From assembly GCF_964188315.1 (NCBI RefSeq), contig NC_135670.1:992001-1056000 (forward strand): 64,000 nucleotides of DNA, in the 5' to 3' direction. Each line of letters opens with the position of its first letter. Within the stretch, counting starts at the first letter, position 1. The DNA comes from Podarcis muralis. Its lineage: Eukaryota. The translations under genes were made by a program, and so were the position numbers. The notes below the pieces were generated by a model, which was not told where the DNA came from, did no database searches, and saw only the letters and a program-made list of their open reading frames with translations. Of the stretch, positions 24,001 to 36,271 are shown piece after piece.

Positions 24001-27000
24001 GAGATCCTTAGAGTGAACTGCAAAGGATAGAGCCCCATGGAGGAATGTGATGTTCCAACCTCTTTGAAAGGGAAATGAGGTGAAGTCCATCTGGGCTGTC
24101 ATAATCCAGACTTTTGCCTTGCCTTGCATTGACACATCATTCGTTTCTGCAAGTTTGGGTATCGTTCTCATTATCATAATTGTTTGAATTTCACCATGCA
24201 CAACTACAACATTGGCAGTGCTTCCCACAAGAATGTTCATTGTTTTCGAACCTTCTTCCACCATTTCATCAAATTCACCGGAAGAGGTAGCCGTGGGGAA
24301 TCGTTCTATATAATCAAAGCAGATACCCTTCTGGGCAAACATAGGGAGAACATTTTGTACAAATCTCTCTCCAGGGTCACCATGGACAAAAAGCACACCG
24401 ATCCACACCCAACGGAAATGCAGCAGTAACTGGAGGATCCCCTCGTATTGCTGAGTCCCATCTGGGAATATCCAGTGGGTGAAAAGGGCTTGCATGTCAT
24501 CATTCGTCACAGGAGAAGAGCCATAGATGAGCTGAAGAGGGTCATTGTTAAAATCAAGGGAGGAAAGGTGATAAAAAATGATGATATCAAAACACCAGTT
24601 AGACTCAAAAGCAAATTTCAACATATTAATTTAGCTTTTTGTTTATTTCTGATACTTTAGAATCTACTGTTTGGGGAACAGAAATGTCTTTCCATCAAAT
24701 AGAACAATTTTGCAGTTATGTTTATGGCAGAATTTGCTGTATCTAAAAGAGGATACAGGAAAGAACAGGTAAATAAATGCTTGTTCACAGAAAACCCTGA
24801 TAAAGCTTTCTCATCAGAAAAAATTCCTAATAATGATTCCTTGAGTTAACTGCGAAGGATAGAGAACCACGGAGGAAAGCTATTTCCCACCACCCTTGCG
24901 TAGGTTATGATATGAAATCCACCTGGACTGTTCTAATCCAAACTTTTGCCTTGGTTTGTATTGGCGCATCATCTGTTTCTGCAATATTGGGCATCCTTCT
25001 CATTATCATAATGTTGTGATTTCCAACATTCACACCACTCCTAGGGGCCGAGGCAGTTTCATTCACACCAATATTCAAGGGGCATCCAGATCCTCATGGC
25101 ATCACACGCATGACGTCAGGATGTTGTGTGACATCATGTGCATTAAGTCATGACGTCATGCCACATTGCACAGGGGCCCCCTCATTCCTCTTAAGAAGAT
25201 GGCACCTCTGCAGGATCCCGTCTGCATGGGTCTCCTTCCAGTTAGGAGGGGAGAGATCTCCTAGAAAGAGAAGACACCCAAACCCTTAAGAGGACTGGGG
25301 TGATCCCCTGGGGCTGTTGTGCTATTTGGAGAAGCTCAGGAGTGGGATTGATAGAAGGTGGGGAAACGGACAGAAATACTATCTTGTATAAGAACTGAAA
25401 CTGAAACTGTACCTCCTATGCAATGAGGTTTAAGAAACTGAATTAATGAAAAATGGAAATGAGCTGATTGTTTACCAATTGTAACATCAAGCTGAAAATA
25501 AGCAAACGCCATTTTAAATAAGCTCTAAGTTCACTACCTTGTTTTGAAGCCCGTAACATACACTAAATTGAATATTAATAAGTTAAATGTTTCCTGAAAG
25601 AACTTTTATCTCCTGATACATCTTTTGTCCTACCAACTTTATGCTGCAAAATAAATCTTTCTTATTTGTTCAACTTCTGCCTGAAGTTGACCTTTACCTC
25701 ACACATGCTAGATAACCCACGGTGGTTATAGAGTTTTACAGAGGGGGGGGGGTCTGCTTCAGAAGGATTCCAATATCACTTATTTCTGTTGATTTGGAAT
25801 GTTATAGTTATATTGGGAAATATTTAAGTAATATTTCAGCAGGCCTAGCAAACACCAGTTGTGCTACCACAGGCAGTAGACGTTTTGTTACAGTCCTACA
25901 CAGGAGTAAAGTGTCCAATGAGGAATTCTTCCACCTGAGTTTTTCAGGAGGTGTGGAACTGAAGCAGACATATTTTCCACAACCTGCATTTTTGGTTGAA
26001 AAATACCAACATAAACCCATTATTTGCCATTCAATTACCAGCATGCAACCCAATGAGACTATTCAGAGACAAATATAAATGGCTTTCATTGATGACGCAT
26101 GTCCCATGCAGACCTCTTACTCTTGGCATCTTGTACGTAGACAGGATGGTTGACATGTGGAGACATAAATCAGGTTTTGGCCCCCCAATGACTGCCTTTG
26201 GAGTCTCCTGAACATCACACTTGTAGTTGGGGAGGAGTCTTTCTTGGCTAGAGAGAAGTTCCATGGAGGCTTGGTAGGTCCAGCTTGCACTGAAATGGCT
26301 GTTATAGATGTGGAAACCCAGAGACATATTGGGCAATATTTGGGGATTTTCATTTATCTCTTTCACAGCAAATGCCAAAGCCAGGATATGCTGGTAGAGT
26401 TGTGTCATTGGTCTGTATGGAGAGCGACATAGTGCATAACAATTCACATTCACAAACATAGAAAGTGTAGGGATATATAGAAACACAACCCTGGATGTTT
26501 CGCTGTGCTGAACATCTAACTCCTGCCACGTCACAGGCGGCCTGGCCCTGATTGCTACTAGTTTTCCTCTACAGAAGAGGAGGACAAAGTCTGGTTACCA
26601 AAAACTTATAATAAATCCACCTCTAATCTGAATGAATTACCACTTGGCTTTGCTTCAAGTCAAATATTAAATAAGAAATCCTTCGCTCACCATGGTAAAT
26701 GAGCGAAAAGCCTTAACAAAGTGAATGGGGATGTTACATTCTATGCTGCCTTGCAAACTTCTTTAAAAAACTGAACACTGGTATAAGCCTACCATATAAG
26801 AAGAAGAAGGTTACCACACACTGCAGAAGTGAGTTTGAATTATGAGATTTGCCCCCAGGTCTCAGAATTACATGGGGGGGGGAGGGTGGTAGTATTCATC
26901 ATACACTAGTGGCCAATATTGTGAAAACATTTTGGAAAGTATGTGTCTTTGTAGAAGATTATGAAAAGCTTGGCCTATCCCTCAAGATCCCAAAAACCAA

Positions 27001-28294
27001 AGTGCTGCACCCAAAAGCACAAAACAACCCTTATGCAGTGCCACAAATCCAACTCAATGGTGTAACGTTGGAATGTGTTGATAACTTCTCCCACCTGGGC
27101 AGTTATCTTTCCTCAAGGGCCGACATTGATGCCAAAATCCAGCATCGCTTGTGACTTTGCAAGTGGGCTTTCTCCTGCATTGTGCTTGAGGACTGGAACA
27201 TTTGCAGGGAAACCCAAATGCTTGTTTACAAAGCTATCGTACTACCAACCTTACTGTCTGCTTGTGAAACATGGACCACTTATAAACGCCATCCCCAACT
27301 CCTCAAAAGATTCCCTCAAGGGCGTCTCTCGAAATTTTTACACATCACTTGGGAAGACACACAAACTAATGCCAATGTACAGGAAGAAGCAAAGATCACC
27401 AGTGTCGAAGCAATGATTCTTCAACATCAACATCAACAATTGGACTGGTCATGTTGTGCGGATGCCTGACTATTGTCTTCCGAAGCAACGACTCTATTCC
27501 AAACTCAAGAATGGAAAGCGTAATGCTGGTGCTCCAATTGGAGAGCAGCTTTTAAGAAAGGTGCCATGGACTTTGAAGACACTCGAACTCAGGACGAAAT
27601 TGAGAAACACGCTAAGAGGAAGGCATGTTTAGCAAACCCTCACCGTGATCAACGTCCAGAAATCTATGTCTTCAATGTGGAAGGCCATGAGAATACAGAA
27701 TTGAACTCCACAGTCACATATGGATTCACTGTTAAGACTGTCTTCATGGAAGACAATCTTACTCAGGTACGAGTGATCACCAAAGGAAGCAAATAGCCAA
27801 ATAAAAGAAGTTATGCACACAAAACCATGATAAAGGGCATTTCATAACTTTTCACCATTTATGTTAGTGTAGAAACTTTTTGCTGCAATTGCAGCTCTGC
27901 AATGACATCCCATGGAGTAAAGCAAAGATTTTAATTCACCAGGCGTTTTAATGTGAAACCAAGATTGTATGACTGTTATATGAAATATGTGCTTTATTCT
28001 TTGGTTGCTTCTGACTAAAAAGTTTATTCAATCAGCTCCACAGATATTCTGTTGGATTCAGGTCAGGGCTATTCAACACAGTTTGTGGCATTATATTCTG
28101 CATTAGATTACCTTTCTAATGATATACTGTAGAAGTTCATTCTAATTTTAAACTTTTCTTATGAGCTGTCAAAACTTAGAAATACAGCTTTCCCTAAAGT
28201 TTTCCACAATTTTGACCACTAGTGTAATGAGCATCACCTTCATCATATGTCAAATGCAGAAAAATATTCATTCCAGATATACAATACAGTTTTT

Positions 28295-28345
<51 letters not shown>

Positions 28346-28562
28346 ACATAATGTCATCGAAGAGTTCAGGTGTAGGAGGTTCATTGAAGGCTATGCTTGA
28401 AGTTATATGGATTTGAGACATAATGCCACCAATAACAAGATCTCCAGACTGGAAATATTTGTGAAGAATAGGAAGAGGGTCACTGATGGAACACGGAGCA
28501 ACAGCAGCCTTGCACTCATCTGGCGGAAGCAGCACTGACGCCAACATCATGGAAAGTACCAT
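17194..28562 (-). CDS. V2R gene C, complete and apparently intact (874 aa)
   Basis: Exons 215+292+861+228+127+902 = 2625 bp, in frame; the N gap lies in intron 3 only. Confidence 0.9.
18276..18402 (-). CDS. V2R C exon 5
   Basis: 127 bp; [14 protein letters not shown]...[11 protein letters not shown]. Confidence 0.93.
19555..19782 (-). CDS. V2R C exon 4
   Basis: 228 bp, hand-translated [15 protein letters not shown]...[15 protein letters not shown]...WFNQ; absent from the ORF track. Confidence 0.92.
21091..21854 (+). mobile_element. Unclassified LTR-like element with terminal hairpin, copy 2 (inserted in L1)
   Basis: Hairpin CATTTCCCA-TTCCC-TGGGAAATG followed by CGTTGTGGG; TATTTAAA; AATAAAGTTGTGGCC; the L1 frame resumes after the insert. 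Confidence 0.75.
22371..22591 (+). mobile_element. Squam3-type tRNA/CORE SINE (3' end lost in the gap)
   Basis: GAGAGCCAGTGTGGTGTAGTGGTTAAGAGC head with A/B boxes; GGGTGACCTTGGGC CORE-like segment. Confidence 0.82.
22592..22729. other. Assembly gap (138 N)
   Basis: Run of N. Confidence 0.99.
23671..24531 (-). CDS. V2R C exon 3
   Basis: 861 bp; LIYGSSP...LQPWQ|GTAAAG. Confidence 0.93.
25315..25705 (+). mobile_element. Possible solo LTR
   Basis: TG...CA ends and AATAAA ~50 nt before the end; no TSD verified. Confidence 0.3.
26121..26412 (-). CDS. V2R C exon 2
   Basis: 292 bp; [23 protein letters not shown]...KMPR; donor AGA|GTAAGA. Confidence 0.9.
26960..27720 (+). mobile_element. Degenerate RTE-clade LINE fragment (RT C-terminus)
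   Basis: KTKVL...[12 protein letters not shown] and [17 protein letters not shown] in shifted frames. Confidence 0.8.
28299..28340. repeat. (CA)n microsatellite next to the C exon 1 donor
   Basis: Seen directly. Confidence 0.95.
28348..28562 (-). CDS. V2R C exon 1
   Basis: MVLSMML...[23 protein letters not shown]; donor AT|GTAAG. Start codon inferred. Confidence 0.85.
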
Positions 28563-29293
28563 TCTGCACAGGGCATGGTAGGAGAAAGAGGAAACTTGCA
28601 CACAGTCTGAGGCAGCAGCAGAAATACCAAGACTGCAAATATTACCATGTTGCAGGGAATTTTTTAGGCAACAATTCATCTCTTTGCACATTGTCATCTG
28701 AGTGATACTGAGCAGCAAAGTCTCACTGCGATGGTTACGAAAGCCAGATTTTTGCAGGGAAAAGAATGAGTGATCAGTCTGACAGAGCCCTTGGTGTAAG
28801 GCCAAAGTCTGAACATCACAGGAGATATTAATAGTATCTGCAAGTCTTGATTCATCGTTTTCATGCAGCTACTGGAACTCCCCAGAGACTCAAAGAAATG
28901 ATTGTGATTACTTTGATAATTACAGGAGACTTCTTCTCAGCTTCTCAGTGATTTTTATTTGGGGGGGGGGGAGCATGTTTATCACATCACAGCCAAAGTC
29001 TCAGGTGGTCCTCCTCAGTAGGGAGAGCAATAAGAGTTTATGGAGAGTCAGCAAAAAAGAGAAAAAAGGTTACCCAGAAAACTACTTAAGGTGAAAATAT
29101 ATAATAAAAGAATAAATGCTTTACAGCCGATTTTTCAAAGAGGTAAAACAAACAAACAAAACCCTTTGCATAACCTTTAAATCAAGTACGTTACCCATTT
29201 TATCAACAAAAAATTGCATTACATTAACTAACACCATATGGAAAGACAATATTTTTCAGTGTTTGACTAGGACATGGGAGACCCAATTTATTA

Positions 29294-29508
29294 CAGTGGT
29301 ACCTCGGGTTTCAAACACTTTGGGTTACAAACTCCGCTAACCCAGAAGTAGTACCCCGGGTTAAGAATTTTGCCCCAGGATGAGAACAGAAATTGTGCGA
29401 CGGCAGCAGGAGGCCCCATTAGCCAAAGTGGTACCTCAGGTTAAGATCAGTTTCAGGTTAAGAACGGACCTCCGGAATGAATTAAGTTTGTAACCAGAGG
29501 TACCACTG
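29294..29508. mobile_element. Tigger/mariner-type MITE, 215 bp, complete
   Basis: TA|CAGTGGTACCTC ... GAGGTACCACTG|TA. Confidence 0.9.
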
Positions 29509-30021
29509 TACATACAATCCAGCTACTAATTCCCCATTTCTATCTGTCCTGCATGGAGAAGATAAACTCAGAGAATCTGGGTCTCATTTGTAGGCAAATG
29601 AGTACTAGTGGATAATAAATGCTATTCAAATGATTTGAAGCCCCACTTGGAAATGTGGCAACTTCACATTGTGAAGCCAGGTGGATGTGTACATACATGT
29701 GTATCTACAGGTGGATGATGACTGAAACTATAGCCTTGGCAGAAGTGACATGTTTCACACTGAAGATCTCTCCCCATGAAGGGATATACCTTTAGCACCC
29801 AATGAATGGAAGATCAGTGTATTGGCAGGATAACAAATTGGCAGAACAACCTTATGGAGTTAAAAATTGTTCTCAGCTTTATTGATTACAGATGTAGGTT
29901 GGGAATGAAAAAGGTTAAAAGGATGAGTGTTGATAAATACAAGGAATTACTTTCTCTGGTTTTCATCCAATAAATGCCAGCAAACAATGCAAAAATTAAA
30001 AGCATCAACGCAAGGTGATTC

Positions 30022-30923
30022 CTATTTGCTCCTCAGAATCAAGTGGCCTTTGCTGTTCAAGTCGGGCCTCAGAAGAATGATGTACAATTTGGGGGCAAAG
30101 ATACAACCCAGCAAACCTGCGCTGGAGGCCAAGATGCAAAAGACCTCCACAGCCACCATCTGCTTTCCTTTGGTGCTCAGATAAGAGGGAACAAAGGACA
30201 GCCAAACGCTGCAGAACACCAACATGCTGAAGGTGATGAACTTGGCTTCGTTGAAACTGTCCGGCAACCTCTTGGCCAGGAAAGCCATAGTGAAGCTGAC
30301 CATGGCCAGGAATCCCAGATAACCCAGGACAGAATAAAACATCGCGACAGAACCTTCGTTGCATTCCACAATGATTTCCCCCGCCAGAGAGTTCATGTCC
30401 ACATCTGGGAATGGAGGAGCCGTATAGAGCCAAGCAGCACAAATGCTGGTTTGAACTGAGCAGCAGCCAAGAAGCACAGAGTTTGTGAGAGATTTCCCCA
30501 CCCATTTCCTCATCCTGGATCCTGGTTTGGTGGCCATGAAAGCCAGAACCACCGTGATGGTTTTGGCCAAGACACAAGACACAGCAATGGAGAAGATGAT
30601 GCCAAAGGCCGCTTGTCGTAAAGAGCAGCTGACTGGGTGAGGCTGGCCAATGAAGAGCAAGGAGCAGAGGAAGCAGAGCAAGAGGGCAAGGAGCAGAGTG
30701 TAGGTGAGGTCCCGGTTGTTGGCTTTGACAATGGGAGTGTCCCCATTCCTGGAGAAGACGCCAAGTATCCAAGCTGTGACCAGAGAAAAGGCCAGAGCCA
30801 AGGAAGCTAAAAGGAACCCTAAAGGTTCTGCGTAGGAAAGAAAATGTTGGCGTTTGGGGAGGCATTGATCTCTGTCCTTGTTTGGAAATTGGTCATCTTG
30901 GCAGTGGAAACAATCATCCATAT
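30022..30923 (-). CDS. V2R D exon 6 (7TM)
   Basis: 902 bp; 299-aa ORF, near-identical to B exon 6. Confidence 0.95.
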
Positions 30924-33900
30924 CTGAAGAAAATCAAATGAGTGATGAGTTTCAACAAATAAGAGTAAGGAGACCATTTTTTGGCTCACACACCTAAAAC
31001 TAACCACTCCTAAGATGTAGCAAATGATGTCTTCTACCCGTTTGATTTGAAATCATCCCATTTGGACACGAAGCACAATCATAGCAACAAAATGGCAGCC
31101 CCTCCTTCTTTTTTCTGCTGTAGCCTGGCTGGCAGCGATCATTACACAAGGCAAGGGGCAGCACCTAGCCATAAAAAGAGGAGAAAATGTAGCTCTCTTG
31201 TGCCTTGTAAACAACTCAGCTTTAACCAAAGAGAAGAGATCAGTTGACTGATTAACATTATTCCAGAAAGGTGTGTTGTATGCATAAATATATTGTAATG
31301 TAAATATTGGGAGTTAATGAGAAGGGATACTAAATTTTTCATCTGCATAAAGATGGAGGATGGAGAGAGGACAGAGAAGACAACAGACTTTGAAATACAG
31401 GGAGTTGAGAGAAGGTAAAATAGGAAGCACATATATTAAACTCGGGACGCGGGTGGTGCTGTGGGTTAAACTACAGAGCCTAGGGCTTGCCGATCAGAAG
31501 GTCGGCAATGGGAGCTCACCCCGTTGCGGGGATTCGAACTGCCGACCTTCTGATTGGCAAGTCCTAGGCTCTGTGGTTTAACCCACAGCGCCACTCATGT
31601 CTCAGACTTGGGTTATACTTAAACAATATTTTCTAAATTTTCTACATTAACCTTATTATTTCAATTCTTAATAAAAATAACTCATTTTCAAAAACCTTTG
31701 GTCCCACCTGATTAAAAGATCTGTGCCATGTGATGGCTTCCTCATCCATGCTGAAGTCTACATTTTGTGAATCTTGTGGAACTATCTTTCCTACTTTCAC
31801 TCGGGAGAAGGTTTGGTTTGGAAAAATAACCCAGTTAATAATATCAAATCCACCTGCTAGCTCCCCATTCTCATCAAAGGACACTAAGTCACCAGCACTG
31901 TTGTTGAAGGAGATACTCCTCAAGAACGAGTGCAGCTAGGCAGAAGAAAACAAAGGCAAAGTTTAAAAAAGGAGAGCTTTTATGGATTTTAGAAACAAGA
32001 AGTATCCATCAATGTATTTCACACAATGCAAAGAAGTCCAAAACTGTGCAGTCTACAACATTTGGAGAACATAAGTATTTCTAGTAAGTACAGGTGGCCT
32101 GCCCCTTGCCTGAGGGTTCAGCTCTGGGGGCAATGTGCAAAGGCAAAATGGTGCCATGTCAAAAAGCCCTGGAACTGCCCCTCCTGCAAGGCGGGTGTGC
32201 AGGGAGAAGGGGGCAAAGAAATGGAGAGAAGCTCCTCTTGGGTTTTCCCTCCTCCTCATTTATTTATTTACTTTTCCCTACCAACATAAATGAACTTAAC
32301 TTGCAGGTTCACTATAATCAATGAACATCACTAGAAGCGAGTTAAAAAACAGACCAGGTAATTACATTTGAAAATAGCCCTATACAGTGGTGCCTTGCAA
32401 GACGAAATTAATTCGTTCCGTGAGTTTTGTCGTCTTGCGATTTTTTTCGTCTTGCGAAGCACGGTGTCGGGAAAGTTTTGGAAAAGCTTCAAAAATCACC
32501 AAAGTCTTTAAAAACCTCAAAAAAGGCTACCACACCGCGTTCTATGAGTTGCTCCTCGAAGTCAAGTCGCAACTGTATTAACGGTGTTAAGAAAAAGGAA
32601 ACAAACTTGCAAGACGTTTCCATCTTGCGAAGCAAGCCCATAGGGAAAATCGTCTTGCGAAGCAGCTCAAAAAACAAAAAACCCTTTCGTCTAGCGAGTT
32701 TTTTTGTCTTGCGAGGCATTCGTCTTGCGAGGTACCACTGTATGCTCCTCTTTAGTGCAAAAACAAATGCAGGTTTTAGAAAATAGTTGGTGTTGGTGGA
32801 CAGAACGGGTGGGCAGCCATGGGTAGAAACAAACCTTAATTTTTTTCAAACATATTCTTAATTCTTGGTAATCATCCTTTTCCCCCCCTAAACTTTGCAA
32901 AGGTTTACTCTGAATAGCAAATCTTACCTGCCAAGGCTGCAGTTCTTGAGGATCGAGCCCACCTCCGCCTGCCATCATTCTGCGTTTTGACCTGGATGAG
33001 TGCATCTGATGTAAAGTATGTGCAATGGCATAAACCACATTATAGATACTGTAACTTTGGCCAGTCATGGTCATTTCAAAAATATGCCCAGGAAGGCTCT
33101 CCAGACTCTCATGGCCAGTGCAGGTCTTTGTGCTTCCCTTGCTCTCATTGGAAGCAGAAAATAAACAGTTGAATACCTGTTGCCAAAAAGCCTGCAGGAA
33201 CCCATCTCCATTTGGAGAGTTGGGGTTCAGGGTCTGAAGGAATTCTTTAAATCCCTGGACTTTCTCTGTGTGAATTGCAAAAGACAAGGCACCATCAAAG
33301 ACTTGTATATCATAATACCTTTGCATTGTTTCTGAAGAGAAAGCCCACTGGGCTGTCAAAATCCACACGGTGCCTGTAGACATCTCTGCAACATCTTCAG
33401 CTAATGAAAAGAAATATTGCATCCATTTCACAACTGTAATGGTCTCAGGTTCTGCACACATAATTAATATGTGACCTTCTGAGGCCACCAGGAAAGAGGA
33501 CTTGGCCCGAATGCGTTCCAAGAAACTGCTATCAACTATGCCCCGAGATAAGGCTGGTAGTTTTTCATTGAAAGCTGTACAGATTCCATGCCAGGGAAGC
33601 ATTGGCACTAAGCTTTGCATAAAGGTCTCTCCATTTTCATCATCGGATGCCATAATTCCTACCCATGTCCATTGGAAATGTAGAAGTAGCCTGACAATCC
33701 CTGCATATTGATATTTCTCATTGGGCACCGTTCGGTAGAATGTCTGGGGCTGCAACTCTGGGCTTCTCACTGGAGCTAATACGCAGAAAGCAATCTGGAG
33801 GAAGAAATCAATCCCAGAAGAATTGGAGAGTTAGATCAAACGGTTATGGTTCATCCCAAGTATCTGCTTGAAGAACAAATCCATGAGAATTTCTTGACTC

Positions 33901-35737
33901 CATTTATGGATGCATGTTGATCTCACAAGAACATTATGCATATCTCCAGCAGTTGTTGGTGGGGAAGAGGAGCAAGGTTTCTCTGACCTCTTGCAACTGG
34001 CCTTGTGCAGCTTCCTGGGAACAGGAGGAAGACTCCTGCTGCTGCATTTGTCCAGTTCCAACCTCCCTGTTGCTCCTCAGTGACACATGGGAGACAAAGT
34101 CTGGCAAGCACCAAAGCCCCTCTCCTCCAACCACTACTGCATAGCCTCCCCACGTGATTTTGTAATAGCTTTGTATTATTATTTTTTTACCTCATTGCTC
34201 AGAAAAATGAACCAAACAAAAGGAAGTATTGAAAACCAGGAAGATAACTATTGTACCAGAGGCAGAAGAGCTTCACAGCCCCCACCCTTACTATACCTGT
34301 GGAATCTTGTAGATGCTTAAGATACTAGCCATGTGGAGGGAGATGTCAGAGTCAAGTCCCCCAACAAAAGCTATCTTACTTTTCTTCTTCTCACATTTGA
34401 AGTTGGGGACAATCCCTTCTGCCATGGACAAAATTTTCAGCGTGTTCTGATAAGTCATCCTTTCTTTTGAGTAGTTCTCATATATGTGAAACCCAAAGGT
34501 CATATTCGGTACAATATTAGGGTTCTTGTTTATTTCTTTCACAGCAAACACCAGGGAGAGGGTATTCTGGTAGTACTTTGGTATGTCACTAATAAAAGAG
34601 TTATACTATATGTCAGAGGTATTCTCCTCCACATAGGTAACTTCTTGGCTCACATGCACGTATATAATTTGCCACATCCTTCCCTTAACTCCTTATTTCC
34701 TTTCAGCAACCAATGGACACCCATTGGATGAGAAGTTGCCAAGTCAAAAATTCTGACTGGTGCCTCTCAGATAGTAAGTGTTTGGTGTAGGTGGGGAGTA
34801 GAGAACAGATAACATTAGATGGAACAGAACCTATTATTTCCACAGTAATGGAGTTTCCATCTCTCCCTCCTTTAAATAAAATTATGGCTGTACCAAAAAT
34901 ACTGTAGCCAATGTAAGTCATACTCTGAGAAGGCCTATTATGATTAATAGATCAGACTAAGTTAGTTGTATTAATTTCAGTGGGTCTACTCTACAAATAA
35001 GCCAGATAGATACTTTGTTTTGCAAAAACAAGTTTGCAACTGCTCTTTTTATTATCCAATATGGTTTACATTGCATAGCAGAGAATATAATCCAAAATCT
35101 ATGATATTCATGTTTCACAGCATCTGTGACTGTCAGATTAAATTATTCTGATTGTGAATGTGAGGATCAATCTTTGCTGCAAAGGAAAACCAGGCGTTAA
35201 TGGTGTGAAAGGAAACACAGAGGGAGGATGAGGATGAAGTTGGGAGAAGGCGGTGAGAGCCATGGGATCAGGTGTTAAGAAAGCAGAACAGGTAGAAGAT
35301 AGAAACCTCAAGAAGTGGAATCAAGCAATGAAGAGGCCAAGATCACAATGTAAAGAGAAGAATATATATATATATTTAACATTCCTACTGGGGAAAAAAT
35401 CATGTGGAAATGTGTTCTGAGGATGCCATTGTATGTTTGGTGTAATTGTAGCATACATGAGCTCACCAAGGGTACACAATGAAGGATAGAGTTTTTTTAC
35501 TTACAAGAGTTCATCTATATGCTTTGTGTTTGGGCGCTCATGGAAATCGATTTCTTCAAATACAAAGTCAAAATAAGAAACAATTCCTCCAATGACTAGG
35601 TCCCCTCTCTGATAATTCTGGTATGGAAGCTGGAAAGGCTCCATCATGGTGCATCTAGCAGAGTGTTCCTTGCTCTCAGTTGGAGGCAACTGCAGCCACA
35701 GGAAGAGAAGAATCAGCAGCAGAAATGTTCTGACCAT
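30022..35737 (-). CDS. V2R gene D, complete and apparently intact (882 aa); close paralog of B
   Basis: Same exon sizes as B (233/292/867/228/127/902), all GT-AG, frame open. Confidence 0.94.
31038..31164 (-). CDS. V2R D exon 5
   Basis: 127 bp, hand-translated [14 protein letters not shown]...[10 protein letters not shown]. Confidence 0.92.
31444..31603. mobile_element. Two Sauria SINE 5' heads in inverted arrangement
   Basis: GGGACGCGGGTGG...GATCAGAAGGTCGGC (+) followed by the reverse-complement head (-). Confidence 0.8.
31708..31935 (-). CDS. V2R D exon 4
   Basis: 228 bp; [15 protein letters not shown]...WHRSFNQ. Confidence 0.93.
32385..32740. mobile_element. Tigger/mariner-type MITE (same family as 11415 and 54109)
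   Basis: TA TSD; TIRs CAGTGG(T/C)(A/G)CCT. Confidence 0.92.
32928..33794 (-). CDS. V2R D exon 3
   Basis: 867 bp; [12 protein letters not shown]...LQPWQ|GTAAG. Confidence 0.94.
34297..34588 (-). CDS. V2R D exon 2
   Basis: 292 bp; [16 protein letters not shown]...KIPQ. Confidence 0.93.
35505..35737 (-). CDS. V2R D exon 1
   Basis: MVRTFLLL...IDEL; donor TT|GTAAGT. Confidence 0.93.
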
Positions 35738-36127
35738 CTTGGGGCCAGCGGGGATGCCGAAAGTCAGATTTCTATCTCATCTACCATAAACTTCTTTCCA
35801 AGAACATTCATTTCATGACTCTAGGTTGTTTTGATAAAGGGAAAAAGCCAAAGCTCTGATCTATGAAAATCTGCATGTTCAGAATTTCTCATCAGGGGTC
35901 TGAATAACACAGGATTTATTTTATATACACTTTCACACTCTGACATTGATTGTGTTCATGGCCTGAAAAAGTGTACATGGAATTTGGCAAGATTGATGAT
36001 AAAACCCAGCAGTTTGAGATAATTACTGGTTCCAAAGTTATCTCCTTAGAGGAATGAGCTCTGTGACTTACAGTAAGATGAAAATAATGATGCATATTTG
36101 TTCTTGAGTAGTGCCCTGGTAATTGCG

Positions 36128-36271
36128 CCTGCATCCCAGTACAGCATTCGCCACTCTGTTGTTGACTATGAGGGCCACTCCATTTCTTTTACGGGTTTCT
36201 TGCCCACAGTAGTAGATATGATGGTCATCTGAACTGAATTCGCCCGGACACGACTAAACGACTAAACAACA
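36128..36271 (+). mobile_element. 144-bp BovB insertion with 5' inversion
   Basis: TSD AATTGCG; 36128-36244 is antisense BovB endonuclease sequence (GEFSSDDHHIYYCGQETRKRNGVALIVN); 36245-36271 is the BovB 3' terminus. Confidence 0.85.

Noticed and set aside
32387-32786. Recurrent ORFs MSSCDFFRL.../MVPRKT... at 11.7, 32.4 and 54.1 kb
   Set aside because: Chance frames in a 355-bp non-autonomous MITE; too short and no DDE/D motif.
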